NCBI RefSeq assembly: GCF_003334785.1
Contig: NZ_QOWV01000002.1
DNA: 64,000 nucleotides
From: Escherichia coli
GTDB lineage: Bacteria; Pseudomonadota; Gammaproteobacteria; Enterobacterales; Enterobacteriaceae
Direction: 5' to 3' (one strand)
Every line of letters begins with the position of its first letter. Position 1 is the first letter of the stretch. Below, in pieces: positions 10,138 through 22,503 of this stretch. The notes under the pieces were generated by a model that was not told the origin of the DNA, did no database searches, and was given only the letters and a program-made list of their open reading frames with translations. The position numbers and the translations under genes were made by a program.

Positions 10138-11388
10138 ATGGATGTCATGAGAAGTGTTCTGGGAATGGTGGTATTGCTGACGATTGCGTTTTTACTGTCA
10201 GTAAACAAGAAGAAGATCAGCCTGCGTACCGTTGGCGCGGCGTTAGTGTTACAGGTCGTGATTGGCGGCATTATGCTTTGGTTACCGCCAGGGCGTTGGG
10301 TCGCTGAAAAAGTCGCTTTTGGCGTGCATAAAGTGATGGCGTACAGCGACGCGGGTAGCGCATTTATCTTCGGTTCTCTGGTCGGACCGAAAATGGATAC
10401 CTTATTTGATGGTGCAGGATTTATCTTTGGTTTCAGGGTGTTACCGGCAATTATCTTCGTCACCGCGCTGGTGAGTATTCTCTACTACATCGGTGTGATG
10501 GGGATTTTAATTCGAATTCTCGGCGGTATCTTCCAGAAAGCATTAAATATCAGCAAGATCGAGTCATTCGTCGCGGTCACCACCATTTTCCTCGGGCAAA
10601 ACGAAATTCCGGCAATCGTCAAACCCTTTATCGATCGTCTGAATCGCAATGAATTATTTACAGCGATTTGTAGTGGCATGGCCTCGATTGCTGGTTCGAC
10701 AATGATTGGTTACGCCGCACTGGGCGTGCCTGTGGAATATCTGCTGGCGGCATCATTAATGGCGATCCCTGGCGGGATCTTGTTTGCCCGCCTGTTAAGC
10801 CCGGCAACGGAATCTTCGCAGGTTTCCTTTAATAACCTCTCTTTCACCGAAACACCGCCAAAAAGCATTATTGAAGCCGCTGCGACAGGGGCAATGACCG
10901 GGCTGAAAATCGCCGCAGGTGTGGCAACAGTGGTGATGGCATTTGTTGCAATAATTGCGTTGATTAACGGTATTATCGGCGGCGTTGGTGGCTGGTTTGG
11001 TTTTGAACATGCCTCGCTGGAGTCCATTTTAGGTTACCTGCTGGCTCCACTGGCGTGGGTGATGGGTGTGGACTGGAGTGATGCGAATCTTGCCGGGAGT
11101 TTGATTGGACAGAAACTGGCAATAAATGAATTTGTCGCTTATCTCAATTTCTCACCCTATCTGCAAACGGCTGGCACTCTCGATGCTAAAACTGTGGCGA
11201 TTATTTCCTTCGCGTTGTGCGGTTTCGCTAACTTTGGTTCTATCGGGGTGGTGGTGGGGGCGTTTTCTGCGGTTGCGCCACACCGTGCGCCGGAAATCGC
11301 CCAGCTTGGTTTACGGGCGCTGGCGGCGGCGACGCTTTCCAACTTGATGAGTGCGACCATTGCCGGGTTCTTTATTGGTTTAGCTTGA
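10138..11388 (+). CDS. nupX: Nucleoside permease (NupC family)
   Basis: 416-aa membrane ORF, roughly 85 percent identical by eye to psuT (6948-8198). Confidence 0.9.
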   Translation: MDVMRSVLGMVVLLTIAFLLSVNKKKISLRTVGAALVLQVVIGGIMLWLPPGRWVAEKVAFGVHKVMAYSDAGSAFIFGSLVGPKMDTLFDGAGFIFGFRVLPAIIFVTALVSILYYIGVMGILIRILGGIFQKALNISKIESFVAVTTIFLGQNEIPAIVKPFIDRLNRNELFTAICSGMASIAGSTMIGYAALGVPVEYLLAASLMAIPGGILFARLLSPATESSQVSFNNLSFTETPPKSIIEAAATGAMTGLKIAAGVATVVMAFVAIIALINGIIGGVGGWFGFEHASLESILGYLLAPLAWVMGVDWSDANLAGSLIGQKLAINEFVAYLNFSPYLQTAGTLDAKTVAIISFALCGFANFGSIGVVVGAFSAVAPHRAPEIAQLGLRALAAATLSNLMSATIAGFFIGLA

Positions 11389-11396
11389 GTGTCATT

Positions 11397-11490
11397 GCCT
11401 GATGCGCAAGCTTATCAGGCCTACATTTACTTGCTGAAATTGCCTGATTTGTAGGCCGGATAAGACGCGTTAAGCGTCGCATCCGGCAAC
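11397..11490. repeat. Two REP-type palindromic units (BIME-like)
   Basis: GCCTGATGCGCAAGCTTATCAGGCCTACA and TGTAGGCCGGATAAGACGCGTTAAGCGTCGCATCCGGCAAC. Confidence 0.8.
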
Positions 11491-11494
11491 ATTG

Positions 11495-12583
11495 TTACAC
11501 CATTGGCACTAATGAAAGCGCGTTATCGGCAGACAGGGTAGGGTTGTTTAAGCTGCCGCTGGCGCGCGAAATTGCCGCGCAGGCTACCGCAAAACGGGCG
11601 CTGTCGCGGAAACTGTATCCTTCAAGAAAGCTATATACCAGGCCCGCCATAAAACCATCGTCAGCACCAAAACTGTCTACTGTCGTATGCGCTGGCGCGG
11701 TCAGCAAAAATTGTTCTCCATCCTTTTCGCTGCAATAAACTGACTCATCGGGCAAATAAACAAACAGTTGCTGAACACCTTGCTGATGCAATGCATTCAC
11801 TGCGGTATTACGGTCAGCATCGCTGGTGATCGCCTGTCCCCATAAAATTTCCAGCTCCGGTAAAGTGGGTTTCAGGGTGTGAATATGCACCAGCCAGTGT
11901 TTGATTTTGCCCGCTTTGAATTCTGAAACGGTATCGACAAACACCGGGATTTCATCAGCGAGGGTAAAGACCCATTCCAGCGCCTCGGCTGTCAGGTTGC
12001 AATCAGCCAGTACCACGCCCGCATGACGAAGTAAATCGCGCGACCCGTTCAGTAGTTGCGGTGTCAACTGTTCCAGCAGATGGGTATCGTTAATCGCCAG
12101 CACGGTTTGATCGTCTCGATTGGCAATTGCCAGATACGTCGATGTGCTTTGACCATGCAAACGAACGCAGCCGGAGACATTCACGCCGGCACGGCGCGTT
12201 TCTTCCAGGAGCATTTCGCCATAAAAGTCATCGCCAATCACTGAAAGCAAATGGACGTCACGGCCTAACAGCGCCAGATTGTGGGCGATGTTGCGTCCCA
12301 CGCCGCCCGCTGAGCAATGAATTGTACCGGGATGAGAAGCCGATTGCGGGTAACGGATATCCGCCATCCCGCGAATATCCATATTGATTGTCCCCACCAC
12401 TACGCAGTATTCCTGCTCGGTGAGAATGTAACCTTTGCCTTTAATCCGGCCTTTGCGCATTAAATCCATAATATGCGCCGCAACGCGCGAACGGCTGATT
12501 TGCAGCATGTCCGCAATTTCGTTCTGCTGAATCAGCGGGTTACGCCGTAAAATTGCAAGGATCTCCTTTTCCCGGTTATTCAT
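11495..12583 (-). CDS. yeiI: Putative sugar/nucleoside kinase with N-terminal HTH domain (pfkB family)
   Basis: 362-aa ORF; N-terminal HTH (MNNREKEILAILRRNPLIQQNEIADML...) fused to a pfkB kinase domain paralogous to psuK (GGVGRNIAHNLALLG). Confidence 0.88.
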   Translation of the reverse strand: MNNREKEILAILRRNPLIQQNEIADMLQISRSRVAAHIMDLMRKGRIKGKGYILTEQEYCVVVGTINMDIRGMADIRYPQSASHPGTIHCSAGGVGRNIAHNLALLGRDVHLLSVIGDDFYGEMLLEETRRAGVNVSGCVRLHGQSTSTYLAIANRDDQTVLAINDTHLLEQLTPQLLNGSRDLLRHAGVVLADCNLTAEALEWVFTLADEIPVFVDTVSEFKAGKIKHWLVHIHTLKPTLPELEILWGQAITSDADRNTAVNALHQQGVQQLFVYLPDESVYCSEKDGEQFLLTAPAHTTVDSFGADDGFMAGLVYSFLEGYSFRDSARFAVACAAISRASGSLNNPTLSADNALSLVPMV

Positions 12584-12585
12584 CT

Positions 12586-13443
12586 TCAGGCTACCGCTTT
12601 TTCAGTTTGTTGCGCTTTCAGCCAGGCGATCTCTTCTGCCCAGATATCCGGGTTGATGGTTTCGAGGATCAGCGGAATGCCGTCGAAACGGTCGTCCTGC
12701 ATGATCCAGCGGAACGCATCATGACCGATATTGCCTTCACCGAGGCTATGATGGCGGTCAACGCGGCTGCCAAAGGTGCTTTTCGCATCGTTAAGGTGCA
12801 TCCCGCGCAGATACTTAAAGCCGACAGTACGGGCAAAATCCGCGAATGTTTTCTCGCATTCGGCTGGAGTACGCAAATCATACCCGGCAGCGAAAGCATG
12901 GCAGGTATCAATGCAGACGCCGACGCGGGATTTATCTTCCACGCCGTCGATAATCGCCGCGAGATGTTCGAATTTAAACCCTAAGTTACTGCCCTGACCG
13001 GCGGTGTTTTCTATCACCGCTGTCACACCTTGAGTTTTATCCAGCGCAATGTTGATGGATTCGGCAATACGCGCAAGGCAATCCTCTTCTGAAATCTGCA
13101 TCAGATGGCTGCCAGGGTGGAAGTTGAGCAAAGAAAGCCCCAGCTGTTCGCAACGCTGCATTTCATCTATAAAGGCATCGCGCGATTTTTCCAGAGCTTC
13201 AGTGACCGGATGTCCGAGGTTAATCAGATAACTGTCGTGGGGAAGAATTTGCGCCGATGTGTAGTGATATTTTTCACAGGCGGCTTTGAATTCATCGATG
13301 GTTTGCGTCGTGAGCGGTGCGGCACGCCACTGACGTTGGTTTTTGGTGAACAAGGCAAACGCGGTTGCGTCGATTTCGGCGGCGCGAATTGCGGCATTTG
13401 CCAGACCGCCAGCAGCACTAACGTGCGCTCCAATGTATTTCAT
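12586..13443 (-). CDS. nfo: Endonuclease IV (AP endonuclease)
   Basis: 285-aa [17 protein letters not shown]...; 2-nt gap to yeiI. Confidence 0.95.
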
Positions 13444-13516
13444 GCGAGGACTCCTGTTAAACCCGCTGGAGGAAAACGGTAATGATAGCGGGTTAACAGG
13501 AGCAAGATGTAGTGGT

Positions 13517-14566
13517 TTATGCGATGACGCTTTGAATCACATAGTTAATCGCACCACCACCAACAATCAGCCAGGCAAACAGTACCAGTGCCATCAGCAG
13601 AGGTTTCGCCCCAGCTTTTTTCAGCGCGCTGACGTGAGTGGTCAGACCCAGCGCCGCCATCGCCATTGCCAGCAGGAAGGTATCCAGCGTTACCAGCATG
13701 TTCACCACGCTCTGCGGTAACAGGTGGAACGAGTTAAAGATGGCAACTACGATGAACAAGATGGCAAACCACGGAATAGTGATTTTGCTTTTCTCGCCGC
13801 TGTTCGCCCCAGACAGCTGTTTAACACGCGCCGCCAGCAGGATGAGGAACGGAGCCAGCATCATCACGCGCAGCATTTTGGAAATAACTGCTGCGTTTTC
13901 CGCATCCGGGCTGATGGCATGACCTGCCGCCACCACCTGCGCCACTTCGTGCACAGTAGAACCAATGTAGATACCGAAAGTTTCCGGACTAAACCATTGA
14001 GACATCAGCGGATATATCGCCGGGTAGAGGAAAATCGCGACGGTCCCGAAGATAACAACGGTTGCAACAGCCACGGTTACTTTACTGGCTTCCGCTTTCA
14101 CTACCGGCTCAGTCGCCAGTACCGCGGCAGCACCACAGATACTGCTACCGGCACCGATCAACCAGCTGGTGTGCTTATCCAGACCAAACACTTTCTGCCC
14201 CAGGAAGCAAGCCAGCAGGAAGGTACTGGACAGCGTCAACACGTCAATGATGATCCCACTGATACCGACATCGGCAATTTGCGAGAACGTCAGACGGAAG
14301 CCATAAAGAATGATACCCAGACGTAATAAATATTGCTTGGCAAACAGCACACCACCGTCACAGCTTTTCCAGATGTGCGGATAGATGGTGTTGCCTAAAA
14401 CCATCCCCAACAAGATTGCGAGGGTGAGGGCACTAAACCCGGCACCCGCAACCGCGGGAATGGAACCACCCCACAGGGCGACCCCGGTGATAACTGCACT
14501 CAGGGCTAACCCCGGAATAAAATGCCACAGTGTACGATGTTGTTTCTGTAAGGTGATATTCGTCAT
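13517..14566 (-). CDS. yeiH: UPF0324 family inner membrane protein
   Basis: 349-aa polytopic hydrophobic ORF. Confidence 0.88.
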
Positions 14567-14664
14567 AACCCTCTCCTTTAACCGGGCATAAGGTTACGAC
14601 TAACTGGTTTAAAAATAAAATTGATTATATATTTATAATTAATCTTTATAAGTGGTAAGCGACT

Positions 14665-15546
14665 ATGCACATCACCCTCCGGCAGTTGGAAGTTTTTGCA
14701 GAAGTATTGAAAAGTGGATCAACCACCCAGGCGTCGGTGATGCTGGCGTTGTCGCAATCAGCAGTGAGCGCAGCCTTGACCGACCTGGAAGGGCAGCTTG
14801 GCGTGCAACTGTTTGATCGCGTGGGGAAAAGACTGGTTGTTAATGAACACGGGCGGCTGCTCTATCCGCGTGCGTTGGCATTGCTTGAACAGGCGGTTGA
14901 AATCGAACAACTGTTTCGCGAAGACAACGGCGCGATTCGTATCTATGCCAGTAGTACCATCGGTAACTACATTCTGCCTGCAGTTATCGCCCGTTATCGC
15001 CATGATTATCCGCAGTTGCCGATTGAACTTAGCGTTGGGAATAGCCAGGACGTGATGCAAGCGGTGCTGGATTTCCGCGTTGATATTGGCTTTATTGAAG
15101 GACCGTGCCACAGCACTGAAATCATTTCTGAACCGTGGCTGGAAGACGAGCTGGTGGTTTTCGCCGCGCCGACTTCGCCGTTGGCCCGTGGTCCGGTCAC
15201 CTTAGAACAGCTGGCCGCTGCGCCGTGGATCCTGCGTGAACGCGGTTCCGGCACGCGGGAGATTGTCGATTATCTGTTGCTGTCACATTTACCGAAGTTT
15301 GAGATGGCGATGGAATTAGGTAACTCCGAGGCAATCAAACATGCGGTGCGTCATGGGTTGGGAATTAGTTGCCTGTCGCGACGTGTGATTGAAGATCAAT
15401 TGCAGGCAGGCACATTAAGTGAAGTTGCGGTCCCTCTGCCGCGCCTGATGCGTACGTTGTGGCGTATACATCATCGGCAAAAACACCTTTCCAACGCGCT
15501 ACGGCGCTTTCTGGACTATTGCGATCCCGCAAATGTGCCGCGTTAA
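14665..15546 (+). CDS. yeiE: LysR-type transcriptional regulator
   Basis: 293-aa ORF with N-terminal LysR HTH ([24 protein letters not shown]...); divergent from yeiH. Confidence 0.9.
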
Positions 15547-15750
15547 GTTGCTGTACAAGAACATGCTGGTGCTGTGTCGATTTCGTGACGCAGCGCCTTC
15601 AGCATGCATTCGCCAGAAAAGAGATTGGCTGCTTTACTTATAATCCCTGGGCGATCATGAAGGTGTCTTATAACCGTGAATTTCTGCCGGAAGGATTGCC
15701 AATCGTCTGCTACAATCGCGCCTCATTTTTAAGATGGATAGCATTTTTGT

Positions 15751-17220
15751 ATGGTTTCCGAAACTAAAACCACAGAAGCGCCGGGCTTACGCCGTGAATT
15801 AAAGGCGCGTCACCTGACGATGATTGCCATTGGCGGTTCCATCGGTACAGGTCTTTTTGTTGCCTCTGGCGCAACGATTTCTCAGGCAGGTCCGGGCGGG
15901 GCATTGCTCTCGTATATGCTGATTGGCCTGATGGTTTACTTCCTGATGACCAGTCTCGGTGAACTGGCTGCATATATGCCGGTTTCCGGTTCGTTTGCCA
16001 CTTACGGTCAGAACTATGTTGAAGAAGGCTTTGGCTTCGCGCTGGGCTGGAACTACTGGTACAACTGGGCGGTGACTATCGCCGTTGACCTGGTTGCAGC
16101 TCAGCTGGTCATGAGCTGGTGGTTCCCGGATACACCGGGCTGGATCTGGAGTGCGTTGTTCCTCGGCGTTATCTTCCTGCTGAACTACATCTCAGTTCGT
16201 GGCTTTGGTGAAGCGGAATACTGGTTCTCACTGATCAAAGTCACGACAGTTATTGTCTTTATCATCGTTGGCGTGCTGATGATTATCGGTATCTTCAAAG
16301 GCGCGCAGCCTGCGGGCTGGAGCAACTGGACAATCGGCGAAGCGCCGTTTGCTGGTGGTTTTGCGGCGATGATCGGCGTAGCTATGATTGTCGGCTTCTC
16401 TTTCCAGGGAACCGAGCTGATCGGTATTGCTGCAGGCGAGTCCGAAGATCCGGCGAAAAACATTCCACGCGCGGTACGTCAGGTGTTCTGGCGAATCCTG
16501 TTGTTCTATGTGTTCGCGATCCTGATTATCAGCCTGATTATTCCGTACACCGATCCGAGCCTGCTGCGTAACGATGTTAAAGACATCAGCGTTAGTCCGT
16601 TCACCCTGGTGTTCCAGCACGCGGGTCTGCTCTCTGCGGCGGCGGTGATGAACGCAGTTATTCTGACGGCGGTGCTGTCAGCGGGTAACTCCGGTATGTA
16701 TGCGTCTACTCGTATGCTGTACACCCTGGCGTGTGACGGTAAAGCGCCGCGCATTTTCGCTAAACTGTCGCGTGGTGGCGTGCCGCGTAATGCGCTGTAT
16801 GCGACGACGGTGATTGCCGGTCTGTGCTTCCTGACCTCCATGTTTGGCAACCAGACGGTATACCTGTGGCTGCTGAACACCTCCGGGATGACGGGTTTTA
16901 TCGCCTGGCTGGGGATTGCCATTAGCCACTATCGCTTCCGTCGCGGTTACGTATTGCAGGGACACGACATTAACGATCTGCCGTACCGTTCAGGTTTCTT
17001 CCCACTGGGGCCGATCTTCGCATTCATTCTGTGTCTGATTATCACTTTGGGCCAGAACTACGAAGCGTTCCTGAAAGATACTATTGACTGGGGCGGCGTA
17101 GCGGCAACGTATATTGGTATCCCGCTGTTCCTGATTATTTGGTTCGGCTACAAGCTGATTAAAGGAACTCACTTCGTACGCTACAGCGAAATGAAGTTCC
17201 CGCAGAACGATAAGAAATAA
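15751..17220 (+). CDS. lysP: Lysine-specific permease (APC family)
   Basis: 489-aa amino-acid permease ORF. Confidence 0.95.
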   Translation: MVSETKTTEAPGLRRELKARHLTMIAIGGSIGTGLFVASGATISQAGPGGALLSYMLIGLMVYFLMTSLGELAAYMPVSGSFATYGQNYVEEGFGFALGWNYWYNWAVTIAVDLVAAQLVMSWWFPDTPGWIWSALFLGVIFLLNYISVRGFGEAEYWFSLIKVTTVIVFIIVGVLMIIGIFKGAQPAGWSNWTIGEAPFAGGFAAMIGVAMIVGFSFQGTELIGIAAGESEDPAKNIPRAVRQVFWRILLFYVFAILIISLIIPYTDPSLLRNDVKDISVSPFTLVFQHAGLLSAAAVMNAVILTAVLSAGNSGMYASTRMLYTLACDGKAPRIFAKLSRGGVPRNALYATTVIAGLCFLTSMFGNQTVYLWLLNTSGMTGFIAWLGIAISHYRFRRGYVLQGHDINDLPYRSGFFPLGPIFAFILCLIITLGQNYEAFLKDTIDWGGVAATYIGIPLFLIIWFGYKLIKGTHFVRYSEMKFPQNDKK

Positions 17221-17240
17221 GTTTCCTCCCTTCCTTGCTA

Positions 17241-17266
17241 AGCCCTCTCAACCGAGAGGGCTTTTT
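17241..17266 (+). terminator. Rho-independent terminator downstream of lysP
   Basis: AGCCCTCTC-AACC-GAGAGGGCT hairpin followed by TTTTTC. Confidence 0.8.
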
Positions 17267-17314
17267 CAATTCCATTTCCCTGACAAATCATGCGGATATA
17301 AAATTTAACATTTG

Positions 17315-17344
17315 GATTGATAATTGTTATCGTTTGCATTATCG
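17315..17344 (+). promoter_or_regulatory. Fur box-like operator in cirA promoter
   Basis: GATTGATAATTGTTATCGTTTGCATTATCG resembles the GATAATGATAATCATTATC Fur consensus; cirA is a classical Fur-repressed gene. Confidence 0.6.
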
Positions 17345-17513
17345 TTACGCCGCAATCAAAAAAGGCTGACAAATCAGAGGCTGTTCCGGCTTTCTGGGAT
17401 GATCACCTGCATAAAAAATAAGTCCACCGCGATGCTGCCGTACGCAAGGGGACGTGAAGAAGATGTGAGCGATAACCCATTTTATTTTCGTAGTTACCTC
17501 ATGGAGATATGGA

Positions 17514-19505
17514 ATGTTTAGGTTGAACCCTTTCGTACGGGTCGGGCTGTGTTTGTCCGCTATTTCTTGTGCATGGCCTGTGTTAGCGGTCGATGATGAT
17601 GGCGAAACGATGGTTGTCACTGCATCTTCCGTGGAACAAAATCTTAAAGATGCACCTGCCAGTATCAGCGTCATTACCCAGGAAGACCTGCAGCGAAAAC
17701 CGGTACAGAATCTGAAGGATGTCCTCAAAGAAGTGCCTGGCGTACAACTGACGAACGAAGGGGATAACCGTAAGGGCGTTAGTATTCGTGGTCTGGACAG
17801 CAGCTATACCCTGATTCTCGTCGACGGTAAACGCGTGAACTCCCGCAATGCCGTCTTCCGCCACAATGATTTCGATCTGAACTGGATCCCGGTCGATTCC
17901 ATCGAACGTATTGAAGTGGTCCGTGGCCCGATGTCGTCGCTGTACGGTTCCGATGCGCTCGGCGGTGTAGTGAATATCATCACCAAAAAAATCGGTCAGA
18001 AATGGTCGGGTACCGTTACCGTCGATACCACCATTCAGGAACATCGCGATCGCGGTGACACCTATAACGGTCAGTTCTTTACCAGTGGACCATTAATTGA
18101 TGGTGTGCTGGGAATGAAAGCTTACGGCAGCCTGGCAAAACGTGAAAAGGATGACCCGCAAAACTCAACGACCACCGATACCGGAGAAACGCCGCGTATT
18201 GAAGGATTCTCCAGCCGCGACGGCAATGTCGAATTTGCCTGGACACCGAATCAAAATCACGATTTTACTGCCGGATACGGTTTCGACCGTCAGGATCGTG
18301 ATTCCGACTCGCTGGACAAAAACCGCCTGGAACGCCAGAACTACTCCGTCAGCCATAATGGGCGTTGGGATTACGGCACCAGCGAACTGAAATACTACGG
18401 TGAGAAAGTCGAGAACAAAAACCCTGGCAACAGCAGCCCGATAACTTCCGAAAGCAATACGGTCGACGGCAAATACACGTTGCCGCTGACGGCGATTAAT
18501 CAGTTTCTCACGGTTGGCGGTGAATGGCGTCACGACAAACTTAGCGATGCGGTGAACCTGACCGGGGGAACCAGCTCCAAAACGTCTGCCAGCCAGTACG
18601 CGCTGTTTGTGGAAGATGAATGGCGGATCTTCGAGCCGCTGGCGCTGACGACCGGCGTGCGTATGGACGATCACGAAACCTACGGTGAACACTGGAGTCC
18701 GCGTGCCTACCTGGTTTATAACGCCACCGACACCGTAACGGTGAAAGGGGGCTGGGCGACGGCATTTAAAGCACCTTCTCTGTTGCAACTTAGCCCTGAC
18801 TGGACGAGCAATTCCTGCCGTGGCGCATGTAAGATTGTGGGTAGCCCGGATCTGAAACCAGAAACCAGCGAAAGTTGGGAGCTGGGGCTTTACTACATGG
18901 GTGAAGAAGGCTGGCTGGAAGGGGTTGAATCCAGCGTTACCGTTTTCCGTAACGATGTGAAAGATCGTATCAGCATCAGCCGTACGTCTGACGTCAACGC
19001 TGCACCGGGCTACCAAAACTTTGTTGGTTTTGAGACGGGCGCTAACGGACGGCGCATACCGGTATTTAGCTACTACAACGTTAACAAAGCTCGTATTCAG
19101 GGCGTGGAAACCGAACTGAAAATTCCGTTCAACGATGAATGGAAACTGTCGATCAACTACACCTACAACGATGGTCGTGATGTCAGCAACGGCGAAAACA
19201 AACCGCTATCCGATCTGCCGTTCCATACTGCTAACGGTACGCTGGACTGGAAACCGCTGGCGCTGGAAGACTGGTCATTCTATGTTTCTGGGCACTATAC
19301 CGGGCAGAAACGCGCCGACAGCGCGACGGCTAAAACACCGGGCGGTTATACCATCTGGAATACCGGCGCGGCCTGGCAGGTGACTAAAGACGTCAAACTG
19401 CGCGCAGGCGTGCTGAACCTTGGCGACAAGGATCTCAGTCGTGACGACTACAGCTATAACGAAGACGGACGTCGTTACTTTATGGCAGTGGATTATCGCT
19501 TCTGA
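17514..19505 (+). CDS. cirA: TonB-dependent outer membrane receptor (colicin I receptor, catecholate siderophore uptake)
   Basis: 663-aa ORF with signal peptide, TonB box (ETMVVTAS) and C-terminal aromatic residue (ends ...DYRF). Confidence 0.95.
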
Positions 19506-19536
19506 TGAGAAGATGCCCGGCGAACCGGGCGGACTT

Positions 19537-20406
<870 letters not shown>

Positions 20407-20630
20407 TCATCATACCGTTTATTCAATGTGCTGTGAGTAACTTTCACTTCCGTATTTGCATAACGATGTTTTAACATCTGCTGATGAAAGGCAGCGGCAA
20501 TTACAATAATTATCGCTGTGAATACTGGATTATGTGCGCCGCCTCACGCACAATAATCAGGCTGTAAATCAGCTTAATAACTTTGCCCCCACGCAGGGCG
20601 GAGGCGTCACACCTGCAGGAGAAATCATAA

Positions 20631-21299
20631 ATGCCATCACTCAGTAAAGAAGCGGCCCTGGTTCATGAAGCGTTAGTTGCGCGAGGACTGGAAACACCGC
20701 TGCGCCCGCCCGTGCATGAAATGGATAACGAAACGCGCAAAAGCCTTATTGCTGGTCATATGACCGAAATCATGCAGCTGCTGAATCTCGACCTGGCTGA
20801 TGACAGTTTGATGGAAACGCCGCATCGCATCGCTAAAATGTATGTCGATGAAATTTTCTCCGGTCTGGATTACGCCAATTTCCCGAAAATCACCCTCATT
20901 GAAAACAAAATGAAGGTCGATGAAATGGTCACCGTGCGCGATATCACTCTGACCAGCACCTGTGAACACCATTTTGTTACCATCGATGGCAAAGCGACGG
21001 TGGCCTATATCCCGAAAGATTCGGTGATCGGTCTGTCAAAAATTAACCGCATTGTGCAGTTCTTTGCCCAGCGTCCGCAGGTGCAGGAACGTCTGACGCA
21101 GCAAATTCTTATTGCGCTACAAACGCTGCTGGGCACCAATAACGTGGCTGTCTCGATCGACGCGGTGCATTACTGCGTGAAGGCGCGTGGCATCCGCGAT
21201 GCAACCAGTGCCACGACAACGACCTCTCTTGGTGGATTGTTCAAATCCAGTCAGAATACGCGCCACGAGTTTCTGCGCGCTGTGCGTCATCACAACTGA
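20631..21299 (+). CDS. folE: GTP cyclohydrolase I
   Basis: 222-aa [27 protein letters not shown]... Confidence 0.95.
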
Positions 21300-21315
21300 T
21301 TAAAAGGCAGGAACC

Positions 21316-22473
21316 ATGGAGCGCAACGTCACGCTCGATTTTGTTCGCGGCGTCGCCATTCTGGGGATCCTGCTATTAAACATCAGCGCCTTTGGGCTAC
21401 CAAAGGCGGCTTATCTCAATCCCGCCTGGTACGGTGCTATTACGCCGCGGGATGCATGGACTTGGGCATTTCTTGATCTCATCGGCCAGGTGAAATTCCT
21501 CACGCTTTTTGCGCTACTGTTTGGTGCGGGCCTGCAAATGTTGCTGCCCCGTGGCAGACGCTGGATCCAGTCGCGGTTAACGCTGTTAGTCTTGTTGGGC
21601 TTTATTCACGGTTTATTGTTCTGGGACGGCGATATTTTGCTGGCTTACGGGCTGGTGGGCTTAATCTGCTGGCGGCTGGTGCGCGATGCGCCATCGGTAA
21701 AAAGCCTGTTTAATACAGGCGTCATGCTTTATCTGGTGGGGCTTGGCGTTTTGCTGTTATTGGGGCTGATTTCCGACAGCCAGACCAGCCGCGCCTGGAC
21801 GCCGGATGCATCGGCTATTTTGTATGAAAAATACTGGAAGCTTCACGGCGGCGTTGAAGCGATCAGTTATCGTGCCGATGGTGTTGGCAACAGTTTACTG
21901 GCACTGGGCGCACAGTATGGCTGGCAACTGGCAGGGATGATGCTCATTGGTGCGGCGCTGATGCGCAGCGGCTGGCTGAAAGGGCAGTTCAGCTTACGTC
22001 ACTATCGTCGTACTGGTTTTGTGCTGGTGGCGATTGGGGTGACCATTAACCTTCCTGCCATCGCCCTGCAATGGCAGCTGGACTGGGCGTATCGCTGGTG
22101 TGCCTTCTTACTTCAAATGCCGCGGGAACTGAGTGCGCCGTTTCAGGCGATTGGCTATGCGTCGCTGTTTTATGGCTTCTGGCCGCAATTGAGCCGCTTT
22201 AAGCTGGTGCTTGCGATCGCCTGCGTCGGACGGATGGCGCTGACCAACTATCTATTGCAAACGCTGATTTGTACCACGCTTTTTTACCACCTCGGTTTGT
22301 TTATGCATTTTGACCGCCTGGAGCTGCTGGCGTTTGTTATTCCGGTATGGCTGGCGAATATCCTCTTCTCTGTTATCTGGCTGCGTTACTTCCGCCAGGG
22401 GCCGGTGGAATGGCTCTGGCGTCAGTTAACTTTGCGTGCTGCCGGACCGGCAATATCTAAAACATCAAGATAA
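21316..22473 (+). CDS. yeiB: DUF418-family inner membrane protein
   Basis: 385-aa hydrophobic ORF immediately downstream of folE. Confidence 0.88.
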   Translation: MERNVTLDFVRGVAILGILLLNISAFGLPKAAYLNPAWYGAITPRDAWTWAFLDLIGQVKFLTLFALLFGAGLQMLLPRGRRWIQSRLTLLVLLGFIHGLLFWDGDILLAYGLVGLICWRLVRDAPSVKSLFNTGVMLYLVGLGVLLLLGLISDSQTSRAWTPDASAILYEKYWKLHGGVEAISYRADGVGNSLLALGAQYGWQLAGMMLIGAALMRSGWLKGQFSLRHYRRTGFVLVAIGVTINLPAIALQWQLDWAYRWCAFLLQMPRELSAPFQAIGYASLFYGFWPQLSRFKLVLAIACVGRMALTNYLLQTLICTTLFYHLGLFMHFDRLELLAFVIPVWLANILFSVIWLRYFRQGPVEWLWRQLTLRAAGPAISKTSR

Positions 22474-22503
22474 CGATCTGGATCACATTCGTTAACAAAA
22501 CGG

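Noticed and set aside
15696-15716. Possible lysP sigma70 promoter (TTGCCA ... TACAAT)
   Set aside because: The spacer between the candidate -35 and -10 hexamers is only 9 bp, incompatible with a functional promoter; the true promoter cannot be fixed from sequence alone.
18165-19016. 283-aa minus-strand ORF inside cirA
   Set aside because: Antisense shadow ORF wholly within a well-supported gene; Arg/Phe-rich composition typical of reverse-frame artefacts. The same applies to 2849-3559 (in fruA), 13724-14326 (in yeiH), 16228-16620 (in lysP), 28275-29015 (in preA), 43507-44499 (in bglX) and 47489-48193 (in yehX/yehW).
20432-20447. CRP-like site TGTGAGTAACTTTCAC between yeiG and folE
   Set aside because: Only one good half-site; the second half is offset by one base from canonical TGTGA-N6-TCACA spacing, so it is too weak to call.
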